Below, piece after piece: positions 13,194 through 26,443 of a stretch of 64,000 nt of DNA. Source of the DNA: Botryllus schlosseri (taxonomy: Eukaryota); contig CM119378.1 of assembly GCA_051294905.1 (NCBI GenBank), positions 8,122,001-8,186,000 on the forward strand, read 5' to 3'. A model generated the notes under the pieces. It saw only the letters and a program-made list of their open reading frames with translations, did no database searches and was not told the origin of the DNA. Numbering within the stretch: the first letter of the stretch is position 1; each line of letters starts with the position of its first letter. Both the position numbers and the translations under genes were made by a program.

Positions 13194-13208
13194 ATTCATG
13201 CTCAGACG

Positions 13209-13715
13209 CAGGGTTGTAACCAAGTCACAAGTCAATCTCACTTTTATAATTTTGACTCGAGTCATTTTCAATTCACGACCGAGTCAAGTCCGAGTCCAAG
13301 TCAAGGAGTATAGTATCGAGTCCAAGTCATTTTGTTGACAGTTCAGTTCCTAGTTAATGTCGTGTAAAACACACTTTTTACAACTCTGTTCGCTGATATC
13401 AAATGCTTCGGATTAATAATACCCTAATTTTACTCACTTTTAACAGTTTCTGGTAGCATTCTCAAGTACCAGTGCTGATAGACGAAATAATAATAGTGTG
13501 ATAGCTTTACTATTCTACTAAATTACAATGAAATGCCTGTCTTGGTAGACCCAGTCTCGAGTCATATGACTTGGACCGAGTCATGCGCAATGACTCGAGT
13601 ACAAGTCGAGTCAATACACAAATTGACTCGAGTCGAGTCCATTTTCATTTTTAGGAAAATGACTCGAGTCAAGTTGAGTCACCGAAAAATCGCGACTAGA
13701 GTCGTTACAACCCTG
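13209..13715. mobile_element. hAT-type MITE, GACTCGAGTC-rich family, copy 3
   Basis: TIR CAGGGTTGTAA...TTACAACCCTG; TSD CTCAGACG at 13201-13208 and 13716-13723. Confidence 0.92.
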
Positions 13716-14243
13716 CTCAGACGCGGCGAGTAACGAAGTACTTCAAGTAGATTTTTGCCTACTCGGGACTACTTCAAGTGGTCATGATTTTAGACTGCTT
13801 TTACTTGACAGTCGCCAGGTATTTTAAGCAGAACTAGGCCTAGAATACACACTTCTTTACTTGTAAATCGCTATTTCTACTCGAGTAGAATTTTACAGCA
13901 TTACTTCTATTTGAGAAGCAAAGGTGAGTTGAGTACTCCGACCACCTCCAATTATGCCTTTGAAGTTTCTGCATCATGTTTACCAGGCACTTTCCGAATA
14001 ATTCCACATTATTTCCGGCAAATTCATCATGACCTTCAACGCTCAAGTCAACCACTGCGTTCTTGTACATTTTTTGCAATCCCTATCCGCACCAAGAATA
14101 ATCGACTCCCTCACATTGGCTTTAGTTCCCTCTCAAACCGAAAATACGCCAGTTGCATGTCAAGAAGATAAAAAAGTTATTCAGGACACCACGCCATATA
14201 AATATCAATACAAACGGTAGATTTCAACATAAAATTTACATAA

Positions 14244-17200
14244 TCATAAATTGACGAGGCCGCCGTGCTCCGATTGGTCCGGCGTCCGAGGCTCGCACGG
14301 CAGTCTATTGTGCCTCATGTGACTCCTCACCAAATGCCCCGCGCTGAGAGCAGCCAGTAGCGAAAGTTCACTACAAAGAACTGTGCCGCAAACGATGCTG
14401 GCAAACTGTCTCGCGTTATGGCCCGAAAGCGCATTCTCCACACCGCTACTACCGCCTCCCAGCCCGAGCATGTCAAGGCAAGCGCGTTGCGCATTGAGCG
14501 CTGTACCACCGCCACATGTAGCAACTTCTATGCACGGCATGGTACATGTAATAAGGAGTGACCCATCACCACCTTGCGTGCTGTCAAGTTTTTCAAGGAG
14601 AGTGATGCAGTTGCTTCCCTCCACATTTTGTGCAGGATCTTGACCAGTCGCTATATATAGAGCCGTTACGGCGTTAGCTGCGTGTGCGTTGAATCCGCCT
14701 ATGCTACCGGCCATCGCAGACCCTATCAGGTTCTTGCTGGTGTTCAGATGAACGAGAGAGTCCACATCTGTTTTCAAAACATCTCTCACAATGTTACTCG
14801 GAATTCTAGCTTCCGCAACAACGCTTTTTCCTCGGCCTAACGTCCAGTTGATCGACGACGATTTTTTGTCAGTGCACACATTGCCGCTGAGACTAATAAC
14901 CCTCATGTCAGGCCGGATGTTTTCTTGCAGCCACCTGCAAAAGAAAAATGCGGGATAAGCCACCGAACTTCGGCAATGAGAGAAATTCGATTACCAAAAC
15001 TTCTAGCAAAGAATTCAGCCCTCTTGAAACTACCTGTTGTTGTAAGATGCTTATTGACATGATAAACATTCAAGTGTACTGGTGCGCGCTTCGTACACTG
15101 CTGCACAATGAGTCAATGACATCATTAATTCTGCTGTTCCACAAAATGTAGTTTTCTTAGTATCCTGATTCGGCTCGAGCATACCCAATTCATTATTCCC
15201 AAAGGTATGCGGCAATGGATAGAGGCGTATGCTAGGGTCGTAATCTTGAGAAAAAATTTTAATTTCAAAAAGTTTGTTGACTCATCGGCTTTCACGCATA
15301 GTTGATCTTTCATTCTATCGGTGTCTTACAGAATATCAATCCCCAAAATTCCCCACACAGCTTAGGGCCTCTGATCATGTTTACATCAACAAAGCAATAC
15401 TTCTTTCATTCTATCGGTGTCTTACAGAATATCAATCCCCAAAATTCCCCTCACAGATTGAGGCCTGCGATCATGTTTACATCAACAAAGCAATACTTCT
15501 TACGAGAAATTCATTCTACCATACAAAGGTAAAATGGTATATTGAAAAAAAATAATTAATTTCACGTAGAGTTGAGCATGATATATTACAACTGCTTAAT
15601 TGATTAGAGCTATTATGATATTAGACACGTTGAAAAATGAACAGAAAATCAACGTCGGCTGAATTGCCGCAAGACCAAAGTTCTTCAGTTGCTGATGCCA
15701 CTTTAGCGCTTATGAATTAGGGGGGAATCTTGCACATTTTTATTGAACCGAACGCTGTTTTTAAACACTATATTTTCCATCCTACATTGAATATAAGAGC
15801 GAACAGATTGCCCAAACAATTTTTTTACAAACTTAGTCTATATCACTTATCACTCAAATTTCACAGCATACTTTAATGTGTGCTCTACGCCTTTAGACAC
15901 CATGTTCATCCCCATCGCATCTCCCGTCGTGGCGTTGAAACGAATATACAAACTCCTTCCACAGACCATTGGATGAATCGATTCTAAACGTGCGAAGCGG
16001 CTGGTTTCGTCAAATTTATCCTTGAGCAGTACGAATTTAAAAGGGTCTTTCAACCATCTGGAAATAAAGTAAAGTGTTTGCAAATGAATTGGCAGATGTT
16101 AGGGGTGGTCAATAATTACTCTGCCATTTCACAAGCCTTTCTTGAAGTTGGGAATTCAACCACTGGGGCTCTAGTCATCCCATCCCGATACACGGTGCAT
16201 TCAACGCCACCAGACAGCAACACCGCCTAGTATAAACACAAAACTTCACTAGCAAGTTCAAAATGTATAATTACACTTTCTACCTTCATCCCACGGTTGG
16301 TACTTGCTAATAACGTGCCTTCTGTCGTTGCCATCGGAACATGATACGGATCACCATTCATAAGTAAAGGACCACAAACACCAACAGGCACAGGAATGTA
16401 CCCGACAGTGTTTTCACAACAAGCCGCTGTAGCTTTGCTGAAGTTGTAATGAGCAAAAGGTATCTGCGCCAATGCATCCTGTCGCTCTTTGTATTCAAGT
16501 TTTTGATGAAGAAGTTTCCTGCAAAATATGGGGTCAGTTCCATAGAAATTGATTGTTATAAATACAAACAGAAAGATAACCACCTTCTAATGCTCACACC
16601 GCGGTTCGGGTCCCGCAAATCCACTTCCAGTCTATGGGATTGAATTTTCTTTGCCTGCACAAGACTGATTATTTCAAGATCCGTCAGTAGATCTGAATTG
16701 TCTTGTAGAAGCGCAACACATGTGTCTAGGTCTCTCGGGGCACATTCCGTTGGGTCCGGATCTATATGAGCTGAGTAATCAACAGTTTGCTTAGCGTTTC
16801 CATAGGATACAAATTCAGTCACTTGTGCAGACTGTGCAACCTCGATATTTGAATTTTGAAGAAAAAACTTTCCAAGCAACAGCATCGTGATGATCAGTGT
16901 GAAAAAATGTTGAGGAGTCATTGTAAAAATCATGTCAAACCCTTCTTGGAAGTTTTCACCATGATACAGAGATTCTCCGTAGAAGAGTCGTATGCAATTG
17001 AATAGCAGCAATAAACATCCTATCATCAACTTGAGCTTGAATCTGATCTGTCCGCCGTGATTATACAGAGCTTTTGAAAACGTTTCATTGTGCCACACTG
17101 GCTTTGAGTTCCGGGAGCCTCTCCTTGTGTTCATTAGCAGTATTGAAAGACATGCTGGTACAAATGTAGTAAAGACGATGTAGTTTAGCAGGACGGACAA

Positions 17201-17839
17201 ACAAGCAAAACAGAATATTTCCTGAAGTTGCCGAACTTTCATTGCACTACTCATCATGATAACAAATATCTCTAATACCGTATCAAAAGTGATTGACGGT
17301 CCAATGACTCTCATCGCCTCTGAGATTCGATCCTGGACAGCGTTGTAAGAATGGGCTGTCAAGCAATGCTGGATTAATGAGACAAGCCTTGATATATCCA
17401 CCGAGAGCAGAAATATTGGTAAAGCAGATCCGACGACAATCCAATTCTTTTGCATAAGCTGCAGCAGGGTGGCCGCAAATACGATACTTCCAAAAGTCAT
17501 GCATATACAAACGCCCATGACAAGATGAACAGAGCCCAATTGGTTAATTCTTCGAAGCTTTATGAAAAAGTATATGATGGTGACGCATCGTAGTAATGAT
17601 AGCAGCACGGCATCGCTATTTGTCCGAGTTGGAAGTTTGTCTTCATCAACATTTTGACATTCTATGGACCATTGGCAAAGTTCAAACGGGCTGTGTAAGT
17701 TGAGCGATACTGCTCCAACAAACATGGTCAAAAAACAGACCATGATTTCAAGAGAATAATAAGCACAGAACCGGCCATACTTTCCAAACACGTCCATAAG
17801 AGGAAAGTAATGTCCCTTTGACTGCTGAATGTAGTCCAT
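14244..17839 (-). CDS. HMGCR: 3-hydroxy-3-methylglutaryl-CoA reductase (class I, with membrane/sterol-sensing region), 5 coding exons, 824 aa
   Basis: Exons 17839-16584, 16518-16284, 16226-16120, 16057-15872, 14934-14244 (2475 nt). Motifs [48 protein letters not shown]. Confidence 0.96.
15307..15498. repeat. Two-unit 96-bp direct duplication in HMGCR intron 4
   Basis: CTTTCATTCTATCGGTGTCTTACAG... starts at 15307 and again at 15403. Confidence 0.85.
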
Positions 17840-18469
17840 TGGTGATCTGATGATGTTGACGATTAATGATGATAAGACAGCCTTATACAGCTTGTGTGCA
17901 ATAGAGAACCATTCGATCTGAATAGCTGATATTCATATTCTTCATATTTACAAGGCAGTTCATCTGCAAAATTTGATATCCAAGTTAAGAAACAAGCCAT
18001 TGAAAAAAAAACGGCCATAGGTGTAGCCAGCCCACTGAGCCCAGAATGAAAGTTGTGGAGGGAGGCAGAATGTCTACAAGAAATGCGTAACAGATATATT
18101 ATGATATAGCGAAAACGTATGACATCACAGTCTTCAAGTAGAAAATTTTTGGAGGGGGCGAATGCCCCTTTCACTAGACACTAGCCTTGCCGGTTGGTAC
18201 CTTTACAATACCATACCGATATTATCAAGTTGTAAGTTATATTTCCGAGTAAAACGTCATGAAAACCTTGCATCTCAGTACCCAGCCCTTTATGAGTTTA
18301 CTTACAAATGTGATCCTCTTTCCCACCGCCCACCGGTATTTGAGTACTCCCGAATTAGGAAGGTCCAATAGATCATTCAGAGTCGTACCAAATCAGATCT
18401 GGCACAACAACACCCAGAGTGACCGTTCCAGTTCGATGAGAACCACCTGATAACTATACACGCGTAACG

Positions 18470-18740
18470 TAATGACGTAGGTTGATGCAATGCGAATGAT
18501 GCAATGGGACCGGTATTGAGGCAGGATGGCTTGTACGAACAACGTCACACTTACCGAGAGCAATGCTATGAAAAAATATCGTTACGCTTAGTGGCGCAAG
18601 TAATCAGCATTGATTGGACGTCATTTTCTCTTTTCACCATGTGTCTATGACGTTACCGCATTATCCCCCACCCATTGAAAATTTCATTCAGGCTACTCCT
18701 GGTTGTCGGACTGGAATGGTGTGTGTGAATATCATACCAC
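18470..18740. promoter_or_regulatory. Candidate HMGCR promoter with CRE-like sites, a CCAAT box and an SRE-like decamer
   Basis: TGACGTA 18473-18479; GATTGG 18612-18617 abutting GACGTCA; TGACGTTA near 18648; ATCATACCAC 18731-18740. A splice acceptor just upstream of the ATG (17847-17848) implies a non-coding first exon. Confidence 0.4.
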
Positions 18741-19710
18741 TGCGGTCTCTCCACTGAGCTATAGAAACACGGTCTCTGCGGTCTCACGCACCCAATAATA
18801 GGCCTGTATACCAGTGCCAATTAACTGGGATATGTAGATATCCCTGGTCAATCAAAATTATTGTTTTGTCCATACAGCCACGCGACTTTGAAGAACAAAT
18901 CAAAAAGTGTAATACTGAATAATATACGCAGAACAATAGCAATGAACTAAATTTTGCCTAGCGGACCACACATTCATAAACGCAGTGAAACCGCGGGACG
19001 CACACGCGCATTGCAATATCTATCGCTTGATACTTTTCATCTCCTCAAGTATTCTTTTTCTAGGGGTACCATATGTCCTCTTTTAGTCGGATTGTCCTCT
19101 GTTCTCAAGTAAAGTAAATTGTCTTCCGAGGACGTCGAAATTGTTCTCTTTTTTCGCATGACGTCATTTGCTTGTACTTTCAACGAGACTTTTCGGCGAG
19201 ATGTTTTAGACAGCGATGACTAAAAATAATTCAAGGCCACAATCTAGTCGTGGAAACCGTTTTTTCCAACCTTTTTAAGAAGTATTGCATAAAAAAATGA
19301 CTGCTAGATCCAAATGATCTGTTTACATTTTATTATTTTTATGTCAGTAATTGTAATTTTCTCGCTTGTGACTAGCCTACTAAACTTGCCGCCAAAAAGA
19401 AAGTGTCTTATTTTTGGTTTCTGAAAATATGATAGGTCTATTTATCGGAGAAGTGGGATGTATGCTAATTCATGTCCTCACGCACGCGCATGACAGTCTT
19501 TTTCCGGGTAATTGCAAGGCCCGTGATCTAATCGCTCATTGACGTCGAAGTTTTGAATTCTGCTTCGCTGGGTTATATTTTTCATCTGAACAAGTCGCAC
19601 ACAATGTACAATGCGATAAGACACAATGCGATGTCATGAACCGATAGAAGGATGTCGAACGACACGCATCAGTAGCGATCCTTTACTCTAACATCCACCT
19701 CGGCCTAGAG

Positions 19711-20597
19711 CAGACTTGGACAACCACATTATTCTAGTTGTCTAATTTCACTAAATTAGAGCGAAATTCCAGTAATCTAATACTAATCAAATTTGTAAAA
19801 TGTTTCTATGCTCTAATTCTAATTCTAATCTAATTTGTGAATTGTTTTCATGCTCGAATTCTAATTCTAATCTAATTTGTGAAGTGTTCATATGCTGTAA
19901 TTTCAATTCTAATATAATTTTTTGTTTTCCTTCAAACGCATAGTTGACCGCGGTAACAGCGAGTTAACAAGAATATCCCTCTCGCACAGGTAGATTCAGT
20001 GCCAAGCCGCCATCGCAATACTTACACCGTACAGAAATAGTAGTTATTGTGCGACGAAAAATAGCCATGGTAACAGAGTAGCTTGTTTGTTGGTTTTATT
20101 GAACAATTGTGACGATTATCGCCTAATCTATTTGCGCCATGATAATGAATGATGTAATGTGCATTGAGCAATGTTCGCGTTGTTCCAAATTCACAGATCA
20201 GATCACTGGCTGCAAAATATGACCTCGCGGGCCGCGTGTTGATGACCACTGGTATAGTGCAAAACGAGCAAAGCTTGGTATACAGACATCAATCATTCTC
20301 ATGGTTATGAGACTCCCCTGTGATTTGATATGAGCTGAACTTTTTGCTGTATTTATTTTTCATTCACAATTTCATTCAATTTCCATGTTTTTCCGAATTC
20401 AGTAATTCTAATTCTATTTCTAATTTTAATCTAATTTGTAAAAAGCCGTGAAGCTCTAATTCTAATTCTAATCTAATTTGGAAAAAGCTGTGTAGCTCTA
20501 ATTCTAATTCTAATCTAATTTGGAAAAATTGTGTAGCTCTAATTCTAATTCTAATCTAATTCGAAAAAGCTGAAAATTTTCTAGTTGTCCCAGTTTG
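19711..20597. mobile_element. hAT-type MITE with (CTAATT)n-rich internal repeats; decayed relative at about 27541-27985
   Basis: Imperfect TIR CAGACTTGGACAAC / GTTGTCCCAGTTTG; TSD GCCTAGAG at 19703-19710 and 20598-20605. Confidence 0.85.
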
Positions 20598-21643
20598 GCC
20601 TAGAGTGCCCGATGTCACAGTTCTTTTCGATGTTGATCTTTTTGAAGCCGCCGCCTTTTCTAGTAGTTCTTTCCATTCCTTGTGAGTGCGTTCATTCGAC
20701 GGGTCTTTTCCTATGCTTTTTTGTCGCCGTAAGAACGGCAACGGCGGGGTAAGAGGAGCCCAGATAAACCTCCGACGGGAATCGAATTGCGTCCGTCAGA
20801 TTGGTGGGCGATTATCGTTACCACTACGCTATCTCCCCCGCTTTTCAACTGTTTCCCGCCTAATAACCACTTCGCCGCGTATAATGCTCGGTAAAGAGAT
20901 GAAGCGCACACGCTGTCCCAAAAATCACATTAGCCAATAGCTCATTTGCCGGCCTCTTAGAATAATATGCCGGTTCCATATCACATTAAAGATTATTGAG
21001 TATTTTTTCGACCATACCAATTTCATTGAACTTTGTTTCAGTGCTGTAGGTTGATCACGACATCAGAGATATATATCATCTCCACTAACTAGACCTGGGG
21101 TCATGAAACATTTTTAAACCAAGAGGCAAGAGAGCTAGGGGAGATGTGGTACCGATGGATCAAAAATCGCAAAATGATCTCTGGCCCTCAAATCATCAGC
21201 CTAGAATAGCAGATCTTTTGCTATCTCAACACTTCGATACAAGATCTACCTATCGCGGACATTAACATGGATATCCGCCTTTTCAAAAAATATTTATAAA
21301 CGTTTAAAATTTGTTGCTTGAACGTGTCATCGGTCCCCACCCGGTGGGTCCGAAGGCACACGACCATGGGACCTGTGAGACATACGCTCAAAAACTCAAA
21401 TTTGTTAACTTGTTTTGTTGTGTACCATAAGCTAAGCTACAGCAAGCCAATGACGAATGTTTCGTCACGACCTTCAAGAATAAAATAGATTATATCAACT
21501 CAAATGTTGGCATAAAATAATGTTTTGATTTACGCCCAAATTAACAAAATTATTGCCACATACATATTAACCGCAAATCGACATTTTGACTGTCAAATAC
21601 CCCGTAATAGCGACAAAACACCACAGGTAACTATGATTTACAG

Positions 21644-23228
21644 CAGGGGTCACCAACACGCGGCCCGCGGGCCGCATGCGGCCCGCCAGGTCATATTTTG
21701 CGGCCCGCGGCGTGATTTGGGGAAATTTTGAAAGAAAGGTCAGAAAAATATTTCGAAATGCCGAAATTGATTTCAGTTTAAACATATTGTTGTTGTTGTT
21801 CAAAGTAAGCCATTCTACTGTGCCCAATATCACTATTCCTTCGGTTCGGCATGGTAATATCATTATATGGAGGAATAATTTGCTCATATGAATGGGCATA
21901 TTGCCTTGGCGTGCAATGGCCCACCACTGCCAAGACCCGGAGGCTTGATAAAAGATTTCGGACTCTCCAAGAGACCATTCTTTACGGGTAGATAGTTTTC
22001 CAGCAAATAGGCTACCGTCGTACCGTGTCTATAACTAACCCCAATATCGATTCTTCAATCCTGGGGCGGTCAATCTGCGGCAGTAGAAGAAAAATTATGC
22101 GGCCGTCGACACTCAATTTAATTAGGATGTGTTGGTGGCTGTCAATATTATGCAAATTGAATTTACGAATTGACTCGCTAATTAATTTGAGGTTTGAATT
22201 AGTCTTGAAATTTTCTTCGCGCTACGCGCGCTTCAACGCGAGTTGATTTTGGATTTTAATACAGCAGTGTCCTTTGTAATCTGAGTCCCACAGTACAGAT
22301 GCGAACAGCGGAGAAAAATGATGCGACCCATAAAGAAATACCAATTTTTAATCGTGTTCTCCTCATACCGAATTAAAATTTTTTTCTGGTAGCCTGCGTT
22401 TGGGCGAATCCAATATATTTCCACTATAACGACAATTCTAATGGGAGGTCAAGAAATAACTGGATGCAACAAAGGGGACTAATAAGAATTGGCCTACCCA
22501 AAGATGCAACCCTGCATTAATAACTTCTCCAAGTTTTGGCACACACCCCCGGCATAAACTCAATCGGTGAATCTGATCACATGGGCCGAGAAAGGATAAA
22601 TATTTGATAGTAATATGTGAAACTATACTAATATTAAATGATGAAATTCACTCATAAACATGAAAAAATATACGCGCTTGGCGCGACTACAGTGCGAACC
22701 CCTGTCGCTCTTCATAACATGACTATATTCGCGGTCTCGGTGCCCATAGTAAGCCGATATGAGTAAATAGATTTGTCCGGAGTGTATCCGCAATGGACAA
22801 TTGGACATGGTGAGTTTGACGTGGATATTTGGCCCCAGTTTGTTTAACACCATTATGCACCGGAATGCAGCCGCGGGCTACATGAGTAATCGAAATGCGG
22901 CCGTGAATAGCAAAAAGGTTGCCCACCCCTGTTTTAGTTGCTAAAGAGTGTTTGGTATCGTGCGCAGCTCATAGTTCAAAATATAATGAAATTGATGAGC
23001 ATGATTTTTTTGTTGTATTTGTGTTTGTTTAACAAAATATTATTCATTTTGTGGTGACTATGCCCATCGCCGATGTAAGAGAGCACAGCATTGTACTTAT
23101 GTAGAGTTATCATACGTAGTTGTTAAGCTGCGTTGTCTATGTTAATCTCGATATTGAATTCATGCGGCCCGCGGCCTCTAGGAATTTTGAAAAGTGGCCC
23201 GCGACCCATTTTGAGTTGGCGACCCCTG
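21644..23228. mobile_element. hAT-type non-autonomous element (GGCCCGCG family) with a probable nested element at about 22061-22931
   Basis: TIR CAGGGGTCACCAAC / GTTGGCGACCCCTG; TSD ATTTACAG at 21636-21643 and 23229-23236. Confidence 0.88.
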
Positions 23229-25870
23229 ATTTACAGCCTATATATATGTAGGCGAGTTTCTGTTGTTAAGTGATTAGTTGGTCCATCTATTTTGCTTGAT
23301 TTGGCTATGGTACCATAGGTCTCCCACCCCATAAATATTGCAATTGAATTGAAAATAGTTCACTCGAGGATGGTATTGATTCAAAAAATACCTGCCATTA
23401 TATACCCTGATACAAGCCCTATACTTCACATCAAAAATTATGGCGGGTTTGTTAGTCAGAAAGGTGATATAGAAAAATGCAAATGTCGATCCAAATTTAC
23501 TTTGCACCCCCTAAAACGTAAATCATTCGTCACAGACCCCATACCTCACGCAGGGCGAATTTTTTTTTGCATGTGGGGAAAGATTCTGGCAGCATGTAAC
23601 TGTCGACAAATTCATGGAGTGTAATCATGGAATTATCATGGAGAATTTTTCAAGTATTTTCGGTCCCAGTGATCCATCGGTACCACATCTCCCCTACTTC
23701 TTGAGTACTGATCAATGCGATTATACTCCCACAGTTACTTCCGCAGCTAACCCATTCTTGGTTGAATTTCTTCACTTTGACATTCTGAGCACTGGACAGG
23801 GTTTCCCCGGGACTAAGCGTCGGCGTCTCCGAGTTCAGTTCAGTTGCCTCATTCACTGAGCGCCGAAGCGCCAATCTTCCCACGAAGGCTTCGGAATATT
23901 AACTACTATTCCCTTTCTTACTCTGCGAGAGCGAAGACTAGCACCCCCCCCCCCGCGATCGAAAACTACGTCCACATGTTCGATAGCGTTGACTGGCCCA
24001 TGTACAGCTGCCGTTCACATGACACCCTTCCCCACTTCGACCTTCAAATCTGGCATTTGAATATTTGCTACTGCTACCAAGGACGAATAATCTGTATGTT
24101 TTTTACGGATGACATGGCGCCCGCGGGCATCACGCCGGTGACCCCTAGACGCTACACATGAATTATTGTGTGTTGCAATACGACCAATAGAGGTTTACAG
24201 CCTTCGATTGTGGTAATGGTATTGTAACTATAATTCTGGTAGCAAAATTAACTCTTGTGGCAATGAGCGTATCTTTTCAGCAGCCTACTCAAAAAATCGG
24301 CCGTCATTACTTGACCCTGTCACTAGAATTAATTCTCGGTTCAGATTCGAGTACTCGGATCTTCGTACCCATACCTAATTGTTATACATTCTGATATAAA
24401 GATCTCACTAAAATCCTACGCTGGAAGAGATTTTAAAGTCCAGATGCAGTCTTCTACTTTCAAGAATTTATATAATCCTGTTTCTGCTCCACATCTTGAA
24501 CGCGTACACCTCCGGTTTATCTACATACTTTTACCACTTCCGCGCATTCATATCGCTTGCTGGCTATTTTCCTACGGATTCATATAGTACATGCTATGCT
24601 ATATGCGAGGTCAACATCCCTCATCGTTCCTACTGATGTTTATCACTTATCTGTGTCATTGCTATCTAAAAAGCCGGACACGTGCCTGTCATTTAGCAAC
24701 TTTGATCGTGTCACTTGCAGTTGATGTTAAACAGCTACTGTCGGTCTAGTGACTGGCCAGTGCCCAATGCCCATAGCATCTTTCGGCGTAAACAAGAAAG
24801 GGCTGATCGAAGTTGTTACGCGATAACCTCTCTATCGGATATGCGGATATCTCGCAGTTCTGAATCCAGTATGCTGCAATCGTAAACTAAATAACAAGCT
24901 AGGCTTATAATAGATCCATATTCGCGTTTTTATGATAGCGTACGTGTTGACATATTATTCTTCGGAAATATATTAAATTTCCTACGTGCAGTATAGAAGA
25001 CTGCTCAGTGCTCACTGCTCAGTGTTCAGAGAAGCTTCTGTTCTCATGTCGTTGTAAGAGATTGCAAACAGCTAATAATCTGCGTCTTTGATAACTTACT
25101 AAACCGCATCTCGAAAATTTCACCGTCATGCTATTAGGATCGGGTCTGAACAGAGGGTCAGGGTAGGCCTACCTGTCCAATCACTGTAGTTCAGCGGCTG
25201 AGCCCATGCACGATAAAAGCAAATGCACAGGGAATGAAAACTTCTGCCGTACACTGGTGACGCATCGTTTCTGGTAACTTTGATAATTAACTCTGCCCAT
25301 ACTATACACGGAATTGCGTAGAATACATAGGTGCAATTCTGTCCATAGTTGATGAATAATTGTATTGTATATATACAGCACGAAGTGTTCGGCATTTGTT
25401 GACAAATCGTATTGTTACCGCAGTCCTGAGAAGCCTACCCACCCGGAACATAGCAAACCGCAGATGCCACCAGCGCTTGGTTACTGGTCGAAGGGATTTT
25501 GAGATATGAAGAAATCTGATATAGTTCTCACGGCTTCCGCAAAATACCGCAACTGCAAGTCTGCGCTAGCAAGTTTCAATTTTATTTTGAACGGAACTGA
25601 CTTCTGTTTGCAAAACGACTTTGCAACCATGCATGACCTCGTGGACCCGTGTAATTAGAGTTTAGCGTAGGAAGGCAAGATCCGCGTGCGATATCTACTT
25701 GAATTAATGAAATGTAATTCCTCTTTCAGTTTCGGTGTTATATCACAGAATGACGTCACGATGCCACAGTAGCTATTTTAGAAGATATCACTAATTTTGC
25801 GTTGTGTGCTCTGTGTAGATTTGTGTCACGTTATTGTACTGTACGAACATTTGCTAACAATACACTTTTT

Positions 25871-26443
25871 GAATACTATATTTATATTGAAATGAACCCG
25901 AAGATTCTCGGCTGACACTCGCTTTGACGTTTGACGCAAGAACGCATAAATCAGCATGCCCCTAGATTTACCGAAACACGCTCATCGCGACTCCATGAAA
26001 AGCTTATCCTGGACTCATCCCATCAAGGCTGATGAGTTGCAATCAAAGGCCGTAAAATCTGCCATTGGCAAGCATTTGTTGGATAATCCCGTTTGCGCGA
26101 ACAATTATCGAGACGACAGATTTCGCGTCGTCGGGAGAGGCCTTTCATTTGAGCGCCTTGGAGTCGACATTTATCAAAATACACCAGCCAAGGCTGTGTC
26201 AACAAAAAAAGTCCGTGTACCATCTAAAAATAGTACATTGAGCGCTCTCTTATTCGAAATTTCATGCTGGTGACGTCATATTTTGTGATACGATTGTTGA
26301 TATACAATTTTCTTTTCAATTCTCTACTATAGTTGCTGACGATTACCCTTGACGTGTGTCAGCAAAAAATATTTGAGTTCATTTCAATATAAATGTAATA
26401 TACAATTGTATATTGAAGTTCTGTACCTCCAAGAAGCTCTTCA
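25871..26443 (+). mobile_element. 5'-truncated Penelope-like element with the GIY-YIG endonuclease C-terminus, a 3' terminal repeat and a short inverted 5' copy
   Basis: SAIGKHLLDNPVCANNYRDDRFRVVG, then a frameshift to AFHLSALESTFIKIHQPRLCQQKKSVYHLKIVH*. Flanked by a 12-bp near-direct repeat (25859-25870, 26444-26455). Confidence 0.8.

Noticed and set aside
19711-20597. Regularly spaced short repeats resembling a CRISPR array (also the GGAGTC and GACTCGAGTC arrays)
   Set aside because: The context is eukaryotic, there are no unique spacers or cas genes, and the repeats lie within TIR/TSD-bounded MITEs.
20556-20741. ORF MPFLRRQK...KEWKELLEKAAASK
   Set aside because: It overlaps a MITE end and a SINE remnant, and no splice partners or family were recognised.
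23650-23883. KFNQEW motif suggesting a hAT transposase zinc-finger start
   Set aside because: No following Cys/His pattern or transposase sequence was found.
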